Positions 38,710-52,011 of a stretch of 64,000 bases of DNA are shown piece by piece. A model generated the notes under the pieces. That model did no database searches. It was given only the letters and a program-made list of their open reading frames with translations, and was not told the origin of the DNA. Source of the stretch: Eledone cirrhosa (Eukaryota); contig OZ024741.1 of the NCBI GenBank assembly GCA_964016885.1, positions 223,510,001 through 223,574,000 of the forward strand, written 5' to 3'. The position numbers were made by a program, and so were the translations under genes. Every line of letters starts with the position of its first letter. Position 1 is the stretch's first letter.

Positions 38710-39576
38710 CAGGGTGTGGACGATATTTGTTCGCAATTTTCAACTGCTAATTTTATGCAAATTTTTTTTACTTCCGTTGTGACTCTTGTTTTCATAAAAA
38801 ACTGACTATATTTCCATTATTTTCAGAATAATTGATTATGAATAATTTTGAACCTCCAAATTTGTGGAAGAGACACAGAGTTCTTCTTGGAATCCGCGCC
38901 GGGAGGACAAATAAGGAAATTTCAGACTTTCTCAGCGTCAGCAGGAGAATGATATCTCATCCAAAGACGTGCCCAGAGTCATGCAAAATTTCCAGTGACA
39001 ACATTGGTCTTAGGTGTCGTCAGCAGTCAAGGTGACGTCATGCCACCTCACTTCTTCCCTGAGGGCCTCAAGCTGAACACCGATGGCTACATCCACGTTC
39101 TGAGCAAGGTAGTAAAGCCCTGGATCGACCAGGTAGCTGCAGGTGGGCCGTACGTGTGGCAGCAAGACTCAGCGCGCTGCCATTCCAGCCGAAAGACCCA
39201 AGCCTGGCCGTCAGAGAACTTCGTCGACCACACTTCACCTGATATCTGGCCTCCCAGTTCGCCTGACTGCAACCCCCTCAACTTCTTTGTGTGGGGCGCA
39301 GTGGAACGAGACACCAACAGATCTAGCTGCAATACGAAAGACGATCTGAAGGCCAGGATCACAAGTGCTTTTAGGGGCCTAAGTTCGGGGACAGTGATGA
39401 AGGCCTGTAGCCGGTTCCGAGGCCGCCATCAAAGCCAATGGCAGGTTTATCGAGTGAGATCGAAAGAACAAGTCATGAAGACAAACTGACCCAAGTTTGA
39501 TAAATATATCTTAAAAAATAAAACTGTTATTTTTTCATAGACAGTAATCTTGCGAACAAATATCGTCCGCACCCTG
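38710..39576 (+). mobile_element. Tc1/mariner DD37D (maT) transposon, internally deleted
   Basis: 27-bp TIRs CAGGGTG(T/C)GGACGATATTTGTTCGCAA with a TA target duplication. ORF 38995..39489 has QQDSA..H...WPPSSPDCNPLN, with 37 residues between the second D and the third catalytic position (here N). Confidence 0.92.
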
Positions 39577-40026
39577 TATATATACACACAATTTATTTCT
39601 TATTTGTACACATAATATTCTATTATATATATACACATGTACTCTCCATATCCATCTTGAAAAAGTTGTTTTTTTCTCTCTGCTCTTTCCTGATGGACTT
39701 ATGTCCAAAACGTTGAGACATTTATTTACTTTTTTCTTCATTTTCAAGTGTGAACCTAATAAAAATTTGTGTTTTTGTATCTCTGTTTGTCTTGTTTATT
39801 TTTTAACTATACATACATATCATCCTTTCGAGGTTGATAATAAAAAGTGCCAGTTTAGTACTGGGGTTGATTCTTCCTTTGGAAGAAATCTGATGTACTC
39901 AGGCCTGGAGAGGGATGGGCTCCACCAGGTTCAAAATGCCCAAGAAACACAGGATGCCGATACGGCGCCCCTACGACTATCAGGGGTTATGCAACCATAC
40001 ATACATACATACATAGATACATACAT

Positions 40027-40063
<37 letters not shown>

Positions 40064-40174
40064 AGCATAAATAATAAGGACTGAATTTAACTGAATATTA
40101 ACTCCCTGAATTTACAGCACACTGAACACAATAACTAAAACACAAATGAGAAATTAATGATTATCAAGAGATTG

Positions 40175-40180
40175 TTTATT
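40175..40180 (-). promoter_or_regulatory. Candidate polyadenylation signal (AATAAA) of NOLC1
   Basis: AATAAA on the minus strand about 235 nt after the stop codon. The AT-rich context makes a chance occurrence possible. Confidence 0.4.
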
Positions 40181-40415
40181 GAAAAGAAAAGCAAGCTCAA
40201 GAACTTTATGAAAGAGGTAATGGTAGTGGTAGTGGTGATAGCAATGGAATGAAGATGAACCAAGATATGGTGTATATAAGGAGGGGAGAATCACAAAGTC
40301 ACCGCTGGTCATTCATCCATATTTTAAGTCCCTTTTCTACGCTGCCGTGGGTTATGAAAGAAAATATCTGTCTGAATATAGTCTGATATGAAATCTGGAT
40401 ATTTATATATATAAT

Positions 40416-40568
40416 TTAATCAAATTTTATAGAGTTGACATTCATGTCAATTTGACCTCCCCGATAACTACCTCTTTTATTCTTGGTCTTTTGTTGGCGG
40501 AAACCTTTACCACGAGTGTATTTCAGTGTGCTGTTAGCCTTTGCTCCCCAGGATCCAGAAGCACCTCT
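40416..40568 (-). CDS. NOLC1: Nopp140/NOLC1 last coding exon, SRP40_C end (RGASGSWGAKANSTLKYTRGKGFRQQKTKNKRGSYRGGQIDMNVNSIKFD*)
   Basis: Polypyrimidine-TTTCAG acceptor. WG..A...L..T.GK.FR..KTK.KRGSYRGG.I...VNSIKFD is the hallmark Nopp140/Srp40 C-terminus. Stop TAA at 40418-40416. Confidence 0.96.
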   Translation of the reverse strand, partial: RGASGSWGAKANSTLKYTRGKGFRQQKTKNKRGSYRGGQIDMNVNSIKFD

Positions 40569-40960
40569 CTGAAAAAAATAAATAAATAAAAATTTCAGAT
40601 TTATATATAATCTCAGAGGTTACCACACCATCACAATTCCTTACTGGATTTACAGTTTCAATCATTAAACTTACCATACCAGAGCATAACCTGACCAAAA
40701 CTTTTAACAATGCCTACTACTTCCTTCAGGCAAAAATAGTGAGGCATACAATGTTGAAGTCAAAAAGCCCTTGTATAAGAGGGAAAAAGTTTCAACAGCA
40801 GCAGCAATAGGTAACATATGTTCAAGGGACACCACTATGCTAATCCCTCCTACTGCTGGCAGGCATCCTACTAAGCCTAAAACCCCCACCCTCTTCACAC
40901 ACACACTAAATCAAATATTTTTATCACTAAAATCAAAATTAAACACCTGCTTCAACTCAC

Positions 40961-41044
40961 CTTTGCTTCAAAGGAATTATCTCGAAGTCTGGGATCAATT
41001 ACCATTTTCTCAGATACCACTCGTCGGAAAGGAGTTGATTTATG
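40961..41044 (-). CDS. NOLC1: Nopp140/NOLC1 exon, first part of the SRP40_C domain (HKSTPFRRVVSEKMVIDPRLRDNSFEAK)
   Basis: TTTCAG acceptor and GTGAGT donor; 84 nt, phase 0. PFRRV...DNSF.AK is the SRP40_C motif. Confidence 0.95.
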
Positions 41045-41289
41045 CTGAAATTTTGGAAATAATCACAATTAATTGAAGAAATTAATTACATATATGGAAT
41101 TTTTATAAACATAATTACACTAATTCTCTACTAGTGGAAATTAGATGATTCTATTAATATAAGTCCAGTTACTTTAACAGCCCACTTGCAAATATTCCAA
41201 TATTTAAGAGAACTGAATCACAGTAGTAAAAATCACGGCCAAGACCAACACCTGCCATAGAAGTGGTTGACAGTTTCCACAACTTAAAT

Positions 41290-42300
41290 GAACTAATTAG
41301 AATAAGAATAATAGGCAACATGATAGAATAAGAAAAGAATCGAAAAAGTTCAGGGAGGTACTACTTCTGACTGGGCTGTTAATACAAAGGATATGTAAAG
41401 GCGGGAGAGAAACGAAGCATGGATGACTGGAAGAAAAGGGGCAACGGGTGTTAGATGTCCAGTTTACATAGCTTGAAGAGAAACTGAAAGAAAGGGATTT
41501 GTCTATACTCGGCTTCAAGAGGATCAGAAGTGTGTCATTTCATATGGCAATGTGGTGTAAATCTAGAAGACTACCGGGGAAAAGAGTCAGAAGCATGAAA
41601 GGTTATTATGAGGGGTAAGAAAAAAAATAGCTATAAATTTCATATGGTGTACTCAATGTAAAATATGAGTACACCAGAGGTGTAGTGGTACCCCACTACA
41701 GGCAGGCTAACAGAGAAAGTAGAATATGTATGTGGCAGATACACAGAGACAAATAAAAGCACAACAGATATACATTTATTTTTCCAATTCAGGGAAGGTT
41801 CCATAGAAGTAGTTGATAGCTTCTGCTCTGAAATGTAGTAACTAAAACAAGAACAGGGTGGAAAAGGTTCAAAGGGCTATTGCCTGTGTTGGAAATGAAG
41901 GGTAGATTGTATGATGCCTGCATATGTAGTACAATGTTACATGACAGTGAGACATGGGTACTAAATGTGGAGGATATGCGAAGGTTAGAAAAAAATGAGG
42001 CTAGCCTGCTCTGCTGAATGCATAATGTGAGTGTAAATGAATGCCAAAGCACTGATGAGTTGAGAGAAAGACTCAGTATAAGAGGTGTGCAGTAGAGACT
42101 ATTGGTATGGACGCATAATGCACATGGATGATGATTGTTAGGTGAAGAAAAGCCAGGAGTTCCAATTTGAAGGAAGTTACAGAAGACCAAGAAAGATGTG
42201 GGCAGAGGTGGTGAGAGCTGATCTCAGGAAACTCAAGCTCACAAAAGAAAGAAAAAAGTGGAGGGGACCCACCTCACCCATGCAAGCATGGAAAAACAGA
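41290..42300 (+). pseudogene. Old, heavily decayed RTE LINE remnant in a NOLC1 intron
   Basis: Fragments resembling GRLYDAC, ML..SETW and RRPRK.WAEVV with many stops. Confidence 0.7.
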
Positions 42301-44031
42301 TATAAAACCTATTACGAAATATTAAGTTTTATAATCTCGCAAAACTTTTACAGTTTGCATAAAACATATAGACAAATCATCCAAAAAAAGGTTTCTTTTT
42401 CAAACCCAGATATACACTAGCTTTGAACTGCTTCGGACACCTATACAAGGTACAAATATACCCTATATATATATATCACCAACATCTTTTAATGTGTTTT
42501 TCCATACTTACATAGGTTAGACAGATTGTCATGTACTAAGGTTAGGCTAGTTAAGTGACTACATTTTGTTCATACACTCCTGTTTTGGGTTTAGTTTCTA
42601 CATCTGGATGCTCTTCTTAATGCCAATGACTTTACAGCATGTGTTAGGAGCATTTTATCTCAACTCCTGCACTATCACTTTACAGAGTGAACGGCTGCTT
42701 TTCATCATGGTACCAGCACTAGTATCTTACAGTGTGTACTGAGAGCATTTTCATAACTCCGGCATGTTCACCTTAAATATCACAAATCTTAAATTGTATT
42801 AAAAAAGTAAATGAATAAATAACCCGATGGGCAAACTCTCAGCCTGTCACATATCCAAAGTTAACTGTAGATATACTGTTACTGATACGTTGCTCAATAC
42901 TTTCCATTACCATATTTCTAATGAAAAACATTCCTTATAATTTTGAAAATAATCTAGAATTTGGAGGAATCTAATTAGATAGCTAACTTTCTCACCATCA
43001 TACTGGTATTTAGAACATAATTTAAGATGGAAGGTTTCTAATCTAATCTAATCTAATCTGGCCGAGTTTACACTCACAAATAATAAGAACCAGGACTGCC
43101 CCTAGGAGCATTGGATTTGGTGTACTTCATATTTGTTTTGGTTGCTGAATACAATCAGGGGTCACTGCTTCTCCTGAAGGTCAATAGTTCTCTTCTAACT
43201 CGAGTGGGAGCGCCTTTCCATTGTCAATTTGCATTGATCATCTGCAAAGTCACTACACCAGTCTTTTGATGTGTGCAGCTGGAACTACTGCCACCCATTG
43301 ATTTGGCAGGATTTTTTTTTTTTTTAGATGGCCGTTAACTCTTATGAATTCTGCCGTTTGTCAGGTTTTGTTTTTTGTCCTGCAGGGTGTCCAAAATCAC
43401 CCAAAAGTTTTTAGATAAATATTTTAAAAAATAAATTTTATATAGAACCAAGAGTGGTTTCAGGCGGTTTAGTATTAAAAGGGTCGACCATGTATCCCTT
43501 TAGAATTCCCCAAAACATTTTTGTTCTGACAAATTTACAACAATTTAAAGTGAGCATTATAGTCATTTGTGAAGGTGCATGACTGAGTGGTTAGAGAATT
43601 GGATTCACAATCATGAGGTTGTGAGTTCGATTCCCGGACCGAGGAATGTGGTGTCCTTGAGCAAGACATTTTATTTCACGTTCCTTCTGCCTGGATTTGC
43701 AACTGGTAGATAGTATTTAGCAATTGGAAAGAGCAACGGAAACATTGTTTCCTCAGTCCGATTTGACTGAGGTCTTAAGATCTTGTCGATTATAGCCAAC
43801 TAAACTTTACAGCTAGTCCTGTTACCACTCACCCAGAGTCAGTCCTACCCCACCTCTCAAGACAAACCAATCATATCACCACCTAGAGCCAGTCCTATCA
43901 CTTCCCCCCACCACAAGAGAGCCAATCCTATGACCATCCACTTAGAAAGGGTTGCCGAAGTAGCTATTTGCCACAACACCTGCTTGCTACTCAGCCAACT
44001 AAAAAAAGAGAACAATAATCTAGATACCTAC

Positions 44032-47000
44032 CACACCATTAGTGGGTGTATTGTTGGAAGACACAGGGGTTTCTGATAAAGACTGACCAACAATAGAACC
44101 GTTCATTGGTGGGGTATTCTGATGCAACACGCCATTACTCAGCTGTAGTAAAGTATTTGATGTTTGAGATGGTGGAATGGGGCCGCTGTCCGACGAGGAA
44201 TCAGAATCACAACTACTGCTAGAATCTTCCTTACTTGCTAACGGAGGCGTCTCCACGGAAATCTGGGAATCACTAACGACTTGTTTTTCAGAACTAATCT
44301 TACCATTAGTTGCTTTGGTAAGTGAACGTTTTTTAGAATCTTCCTCTGAACTAGAATCACTCTCTGAGCTGCTGTCTTGCACATTGGCATTCACAGATAT
44401 TGGAGTGGATTGAAATAATAGCGTTTTCACTGATATATCGCTAGTACTTTCTAAACTACTTTTAATTGCAATGTTTGATTTGGTCAAATTCTTAAGAAGT
44501 GATACTGGAGTGTGTTTCTGGCTTATAGGAATGTCAATGTTATCAGCCTCATCAGAACTGGAATTTGTTATGGGGGAAACTGATTTCAAGCCTTTTAGAC
44601 CATTTGAAAAGCTTTTGTGTTTAAATGAGGTTTCCTTCTCTGGAGATTTTGAGGCACGGAGATAACCAGTCCTACCATGATTTAGGTTTGCTACATCATC
44701 TACAGAGGAAGAACCAATTTCTGAACTGCATGTACCACCTTTAAAGGCTGGAGTGTTAGCAGAGGCGGTTGAAGACTTACAAGCAACAACGGACTGTAAG
44801 GCAACTGGAGGTTTTACAGCACTTACTTTCGGGGTTGCTTCATCCTCAGATGAAGAACTACTGGATGAAGATGCTGCTGTTTTAGTAGCTATAGGTTTAC
44901 CCTTTTTGGAAAGTTTGATTGGTTGGGAAATGGAAGCCGTCTCAGTTTTCTTACCCGCCGAAGAATCACTGTCTGAGTCAGATGAAGATTCTGCTGCTGC
45001 TTTTACTGGTTGTTTTTTAGGGGTTGCTGTTTTAGCTGGAGTTTTTGAAGGGGTGGTTGTTTTGACAGTGGGTTTCTGTTTGGTCTTTTTTAGTTCGTCT
45101 TCTGAAGAATCACTGTCTGAGTCAGATGATGTGTCTGCTGCTGCTACTTTTACTGGAGTTTTTGTAGGGGTTGTTGTTTTAACTGGAGTTTTTGAAGGGG
45201 CTGTTGCTTTGACAGTGGGTTTCTGTGTGGTCATTTTTGGCTCATCTTCTGAAGAATCACTGTCTGAGTCAGAAGATGAAGTGTCTGCTGCTGCTACTTT
45301 AACTGGAGTTTTTGTAGGGGCTGCTGCTTTTACTGATGTTTTTGAAGGGGCTGTTGTTTTGGCAGTGGGCTTTGGGGTGGCTTTCTTTGGTTCATCTGAA
45401 GAATCACTGTCTGAATCAGAAGATGAAGGGTCTGCTGCTGCTCCTTTTCCTGGGATTTTAGAAGCAGCTACTGTTTTAGCTGTTGGTTTTGTAGGGACTG
45501 CTGTTTTGGCAGTGGACTTCTGTGTTGTTTTTTTGGGTTCATCTTCCGAGGAGTCACTATCCGAGTCAGAAGATGAAGAGCTTGCTGCTGCTTTTACAGG
45601 GGTTTTTGTAGGGGCAGCTGTTTTGGCAGTGGGCTTTGTAGTGGCTTTCTTTGGCTCATCATCTGAAGAATCACTGTCTGAATCAGAAGATTCTGCTGCT
45701 GCTGCTTTTACAGGGGGTTTTGTAGGGGCAGCTGTTTTAACTGGAGTTTTTGAAGGGGCAGCTGTGTTAACTGGAGTTTTTGTAGGGGCAGTTGTTTTGA
45801 CAGTGGGTTTCTGTGTTATTTTTTTCGGCTCATCTTCTGAAGAATCACTGTCTGAGTCTGATGATGATTCTGCTGCTTTTACTGGTTGTTTTTTAGGAGT
45901 TGCTGCTTTTACTGGTTGTTTTTTAGGGGTTGCTGTTTTAACTGGGGTTTTTGAAGGGGCTGTTGTTTTGCCAGTGGGTTTCTGTTTGGTCTTTTTTGGC
46001 TCATCTTCTGAAGAATCACTGTCTGAGTCAGAAGATGAAGAATCTGCTGCTGCTTTTACTGGAGGTTTTGTAGGGGCTGTTGTTTTAACTGGGGTTTTTG
46101 AAGCAGCTACTGTTGTGGCAGTAGGCTTTGGGGTGGCTTTCTTTGGTTCATCTTCTGAAGAATCACTGTCTGAGTCAGAAGATGAGTCTGCTGTTGCTGC
46201 TTTTACTGGAGTTTTTGAAGTAGCTGCTGGTTTTACAGGTGTTTTAATAATCGGGACTGGGGGTTTTGTGGAGGCTGGTGTTTTAATAGTGGGCTTCTTC
46301 ACCTCTTCTTTTGAAGAATCACTGTCTGAATCAGAAGATGAAGATTCTGCTGCTGCTCCTTTTCCTGGGATTTTAGAAGCAGCTACTGTTTTAGCTGGTG
46401 GTTTTGAAGGGGTTGCTGTTTTGACAGTGGACTTCAGTTTTGTTTTTTGGGGTTCATCATCTGAAGAATCACTATCCGAGTCAGAAGATGAAGAACTTGC
46501 TGCTGCTGCTGCTGCTTTTACTGGGGGTTTTGTAGGGGCAGCTGTTTTTACTGCAGGTTTTATAGGGGCTTCTGTTTTGACTGTGCTTTTCTGTGCAATT
46601 TTGGGGGCCTCGTCTTCTGAAGAATCACTGTCCGAATCAGATGATGATTCTGCTGCTGTTGGCTTTACAGGGGGTTTAGAAGTAACTGCAGTTTTAGTTG
46701 CAGCTTTTGTAAGGGCTGTTTTAGTTGGAGGTTTTGAAGGGACTGTTGTTTTGGCAGTGGACTTCTGTGTTTGTTTTGGTTCATCTTCCGAAGAATCACT
46801 GTCCGAGTCAGATGTTGACGATTTTGCTGTTTTTGCTTTTATGGGTGGCTTTGAAGTAGCTGCTGCTTTTACAGGTGTTTTTGAAGTGGAGACTGGGGAT
46901 TTTGTAGGGGCTACTGTTTTACCTGTGGGTTTTATAGGGGCTACTGTTTTGGCAGTGGGCTTTTGGGTGGCTTTCTTTGGTTCATCTTCTGAAGAATCAC

Positions 47001-47935
47001 TATCTGAATCAGAAGATGAAGTGTCTGCTGCTGCTGCTTTTACAGGTGGTTTTGTATGGGCTGCTGTTTTACCTGTGGGTTTTATAGGGGCTACTGTTTT
47101 GGCAGTGGGCTTTTGGGTGGCTTTCTTTGGTTCATCTTCTGAAGAATCACTGTCTGAATCAGAAGATGAAGTGTCTGCTGCTGCTGCTTTTACAGGTGGT
47201 TTTGTATGGGCTGCTGTTTTACCTGTGGGTTTTATAGGGGCTACTGTTTTGGCAGTGGGCTTTTGGGTGGCTTTCTTTGGTTCATCTTCTGAAGAATCAC
47301 TGTCTGAATCAGAAGATGAAGTGTCTGCTGCTGCTGCTTTTACAGGTGGTTTTGTAGTGGCAGCTGTTTTAGCTGGGGTTTTTGTAGGGGCTGCTGTTTT
47401 GGCAGTGGGCTTTTGGGTGGCTTTCTTTGGTTCATCTTCTGAAGAATCACTGTCTGAATCAGAAGATGAAGTGTCTGCTGCTGCTGCTTTTACAGGTGGT
47501 TTTGTAGTGGCAGCTGTTTTAGCTGGGGTTTTTGTAGGGGCTGCTGTTTTGGCAGTGGGCTTTTGGGTGGCCTTCTTTGGTTCATCTTCTGAAGAATCAC
47601 TGTCTGAATCTTCTGAAGATGGCTCTTTGACTTGTGATAGTTTTTGCGTTGTAGCTCCAGGTTTCAAAGGGTGTGCTTTAGCAGCCACTTTCACAGCCTG
47701 AGTCTTGCCTTTTTTTGCTGTGTCACTGTCTGAAGATGATGATGAGGAACTTGCAGGCTTTTTAATAGACTTGTTAGTTTTTTGGATCTTTGTGCCCTGA
47801 ACAGATTTCTTGGGCTCCGATTCATCAGAGCTGCTGCTGCTGCTACTTGATTTCCGAGATCGTTTTGCTGCTGTTTTAGGTGCAGGTATTGGTTTCCCTG
47901 ATGGGAGTTTCTTAGTTTGTGTTTCCTCATCAGAA
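44032..47935 (-). CDS. NOLC1: Nopp140/NOLC1 giant central exon: alternating acidic Ser-rich and basic K/P/A/T-rich repeats
   Basis: Lies within ORF 44020..47997. Acceptor TTCTTCTACTTCAG at 47936 and donor GTG|GTAGGT at 44031 give 3904 nt that stay in frame with both neighbours. It contains 18 DSDSDSS tracts separated by basic linkers. Confidence 0.93.
46981..47610 (-). repeat. 150-bp (50-aa) near-perfect coding tandem repeat in NOLC1
   Basis: TTCATCTTCTGAAGAATCAC starts at 46981, 47131, 47281, 47431 and 47581. Confidence 0.95.
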
Positions 47936-49904
47936 CTGAAGTAGAAGAATAAAACAAAGATTAAAGTAAGACATAATTGGGAAGAGGACACATGCAATAG
48001 AGAAAAACCAATGAAGTGGGGGAGATCAGAAATTGTATACTGGGCTCACACATAAGAGGATACAGGGCTAAGATATGGTCAGAGATAGCGAGTTGTTGAT
48101 GTGTGATATTCCAGTATTGAGGTAGCAATTTGGTAGATTCTTAAGAACATTGAATAGAATGATTGGTGGTATTTCTTTTGGCTCTCTGCGCACTGAGTTC
48201 AACTTTGCTTTTCTTCCTTTCAATGTTGATAAAAAGAAGTACCAGTTTATTACTGGAGTTGATTTTTCCTCTATATCTCTTTCTCATTCTCTCTCCCTCT
48301 CCTTCTCTGGAAGAAATCGGCTGTGTTCAGAACCAGAGAGAGAATGGGCTCTGCCAGGTTTTAAATACCTTTGGTTCTATATAGATACATTGTCCCTACA
48401 ACTCCACCAAGCCTACACACACACATATATTCCAGTATTGAAAAGAAAACGGACATTAAAGTAATAATAATGATGAAAAGAGCAAAACAAACGCTCTGGA
48501 AGAAATTAACACCCCCTCCCATCACACACATAAATAATATTGGGCAAGTTAAGGCTAGTGTTCTTGTGGGAAACTTAAATGCCACCAACATTGTGTGGTC
48601 AGGCTAGTTAAGCATCAGCTGGTGACGTCATGTCAACACTACAATTTATTCCATATCATCACCATCGTTTAATGTCTATTTTCCATGCTACCATGGGTTA
48701 GACGGGTTTGTCCCAATTAGAGGTCAGGTGACGTGTCTTGCTCATATAGAACTGTTTCTGGATAGATACCCTTCCCAATGCCAACCACATTTAGAGTGTG
48801 TGCTGGGTGCTTTTTATCGCGATACCTACATGACCACTTTACAGTGTGGGCTGGGTTAATTGATACGAGAGTGGTACAAAGTGAAAGTGAAGTCAAATAG
48901 TTCATCATCATTGTCATTTGAACATCCACTTTCCCTCCTAGCAAGAGATGGATGGGTCTACACAGACCAAGTTATAACTGAAGCAAGGTTACTGATCTTC
49001 CAGACAAACCAGGAGAGGTTGTCATGTCTTTGACACAACTAAGATCTTCCCAGTCCTTTGTTTGGCAAGCTTTCTACAGCTGGATGCCTTTCCTATCATC
49101 TACCACTTTACAGCGTGTAGTGGGTGTGGTTATTGTGTAGATCATCAACACTAGGGATGGAAAAAAAATAAATTGAAATTTTCTAATCAATTCACTGTGA
49201 ATCCAACCCCTGCTATAGGGAAATGCACAGTACATGATGATGATAAGAATGACAACTAACTGAAGAAAACAGTTAAATTTTTAAAGTCAAGAATGTGTAG
49301 GTTGGTTGTTTCTGACTAGTGTTCCAGTTGATTCAATCATCGAAACTGCCTGCTGGTGAAATTAATATGCAAGTGGCTGAACATTTCACAGACATATGCA
49401 TCCTTAACATAATTCTCAGAGAGATTCAGGTTGAGAATGTGTAATAAGGATGGATTTTTGAATTACAAGTACAACTTATTTTTGCAAAGCTGAATGGACT
49501 AGAACAACATGAAATAATGTATCTTACTTAAGTTGCAATGTACCACTGGTCCAGGTCTCAAACTCATGTCCTAATGATCGTAAGATGACCATTCTAACCA
49601 TTAGACTATGTGCCTTTATGTAGATTGGTACATATGGCATATGAGGTAGCACTCTTGCTATCAGGGAAAACAGACATGATGATGATGATGGTAATGTGGT
49701 TACATATACATATTATGGTGTGTAATGTGGCTAGATACACACCTTGATGCCTTTACCCGTATTTGTTGTAGGTAACTCTTAACGCCCCACACTACATGAA
49801 ACTACATTAGCAAGCCATTCAAACAGCTCTATGAATACATCAGAATAAAAATTAAAGTCTTTATATAGTTTACTGCAAAGTTTCACAATGATCTATCCAC
49901 TAGT

Positions 49905-50192
49905 CTCCCAGCCCCACACTGTAAATGTGGTTGGTGTTGGGAAGGGCATCCAGCTGTAGAAAACCCGCCAGACAGTCCACGCTGTAATGTGGCCGTGTAG
50001 GCAACACGGTAAAAACCTCCCAGCCCCACACTGTAAATGTGGTTGGTGTTAGGAAGGGCATCCAACTGTAGAAAACCCGCCAGACACTCCTATGTGAGCA
50101 AGACAACCACTCTTGCCTCAAGTGGGAAAACCCCCGTCCAAACCCATGCAAGCGTGGAACACGGACGTTAAACTATGATGATGATGATGATG
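49905..50192 (+). mobile_element. RTE family A 3' UTR fragment (about 1.6 units of the 112-bp repeat plus tail)
   Basis: Matches 28927-29211. Confidence 0.85.
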
Positions 50193-50939
50193 TGAATCAA
50201 TCTGCTGGTGTTAAGATGAAAAGCAACCCACCTTGTAAAGTGATTGGAAGAGCATCCAACAGTAGAAACTAAGCAAAAAAAACGAAGTGTACAAGTAGGA
50301 TATAGTCACCTGATGAGTCTAGCCTCTGTACATGACAACCCATTTAACTCACACAAGCATGAAAAATAGACATTAAATGATGATAATGATGTTGATAGCA
50401 AACCCATTTTTAGGTATTTATTTTTGCTAAATCATTGCAAGATGTTAAGAGATAATGGTAAGAGCAGGATGGTTGTGTGGCTAAGAAGTTCACCCCCACT
50501 GTGTGACACCTTGAGCATATGTGCCAAAGGATTGGATAGAATGCCTTGCAGTTTTCATTCCATTTCTCTGCATCCTGAATTCATGTCCTGCCACAGTCAA
50601 CCATGCCTTTCATCCTGTTAGGGCCTGTTCTTTTTTCTCACTGGAAGATATCACCAGGTTTAACCCTTAAGCATTCACATTACTCTATATTTACTATTGT
50701 ATTTTCACAGAATATTGAATCTACGAGATTTTGATACCAATACCTTAACATAAGTATGAACAGCCGGTTATTATTGGTTTGAACAGAAAGAGTTCTGGCT
50801 GGATATGGCCAGTTTAAATGCTAAAGGGGTAAAACAGCCAAGACATTCCATATGATTTCACCATAAATTGAGAGCCCAAGGCAAAGCAAGACCAAACAAG
50901 AACTGTACATAAACTGTCAATAGAGTAGATTGGACAAAC

Positions 50940-51032
50940 CTAGATTCTGATGAACTGGAATCTTTCTTAGCCTTCTTTGAAACTGGAACAGCTGCATTGG
51001 TACTAAGTTTCCGTTTGTTAAATGGAGCAGAG
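50940..51032 (-). CDS. NOLC1: Nopp140/NOLC1 coding exon, SAPFNKRKLSTNAAVPVSKKAKKDSSSSES
   Basis: TTCTGCAG acceptor and GTTTGT donor; 93 nt with phase 2 at both ends. The basic RKL...V.KKAKK.SSS segment resembles the NOLC1 N-terminus. Confidence 0.88.
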
Positions 51033-51162
51033 CTGCAGAATAAGAGAAATGAAAGATAAAATAATGTAATGTAATAACATATTTCAGCAACATAATATTT
51101 GACATGATCACAGCTTAAAAGTCTGAACAAGACTTAGATTTATTTATTATACATATATATAT

Positions 51163-51964
51163 AGTAATAATAATAAAATTGAAGACTAAAATCCAAAGAG
51201 GGCTCGATGTGTGTATATGTGTACTTCTTGTTTTAGTTGACTTACGTCTCCGAACATTCGTGTATTTATTTGTAGGTATGTGTGTGCGCTTGTTATATAC
51301 GTATTTATTTACTTATATACGTTTATATAATTATTTATTTATTTATTTGTACACAAGCATACACACACACACATATTTATATGTGCATGGTTTTGTATAC
51401 CTATGGTAAGGTTTTGCGAATGCTTGTGTATGTACGTATCTGTTTGCGTGTATGTATTTATTTGTTTGTTTCTATTACTTCTGTATTGTATTTATTTACT
51501 TTGTTCTTAACTCTGTAGCGGAGATTCATTTGGTCTCCTAGTTAGAATTTTAGTCTACAACTTCTGCTTTACCTTTTACGTGGTTTTGTCTTTGCGTGCT
51601 ATTGTTCTCCACGCTCCACATATGACGTATTATCTTCGTTTTTTTCGTTCATCGCCAGAGAACGTCTCTATGCACCACCTAAGAGAACATTAGTCTACGA
51701 CCTCTATTATACCATAAACGTGGTTCTGTCTTTGCGCGTAATTGTTTTTCACCGCTCCTATTAATGACGTATTATTCCTTTTTTCCCGTTCTTAGCCAGC
51801 GAACGTTTCCACGAACCAAAGTATCGTCTTCCTGTCTTCCTCCGGTTGCAACGTTTTTTTGAAATATCCAGTTCTGCGTTTACAGATTGACTTTGTTAGT
51901 TTCAGAAGATCCCGTTAAGGGTGAAAGCAGCGATTCTTTGCTTAAACTTTAATCTGTTATTTTA

Positions 51965-51970
<6 letters not shown>
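51163..51970 (+). mobile_element. PLE 3' UTR/pseudo-LTR of the 16068-19050 family with a short inverted 5' piece, in a NOLC1 intron
   Basis: 51165-51208 matches 18481-18523. The remainder matches the reverse complement of 16070-16712 and matches 17886-18303 directly. Bounded by (TA)n. Confidence 0.8.
51898..51948 (+). ncRNA. Hammerhead-like motif with a variant CAGAAGA core
   Basis: AGTTT-CAGAAGA-TCCC-GTTAA-GGGT-GAA-AGCA-(9 nt)-TGCT-T^-AAACT. Confidence 0.6.

Positions 51971-52011
<41 letters not shown>

Noticed and set aside
44753-47701. 982-aa plus-strand ORF antisense to NOLC1
   Set aside because: Shadow ORF. In this frame a stop needs a sense Tyr codon, or a Gln/His codon preceded by T, and these are essentially absent from the S/D/K/P/A/T-rich repeat.
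47936-47997. Apparent hydrophobic signal-peptide-like start of the 1325-aa ORF
   Set aside because: It is the translated polypyrimidine tract of the intron; the real exon begins at the acceptor at 47935.
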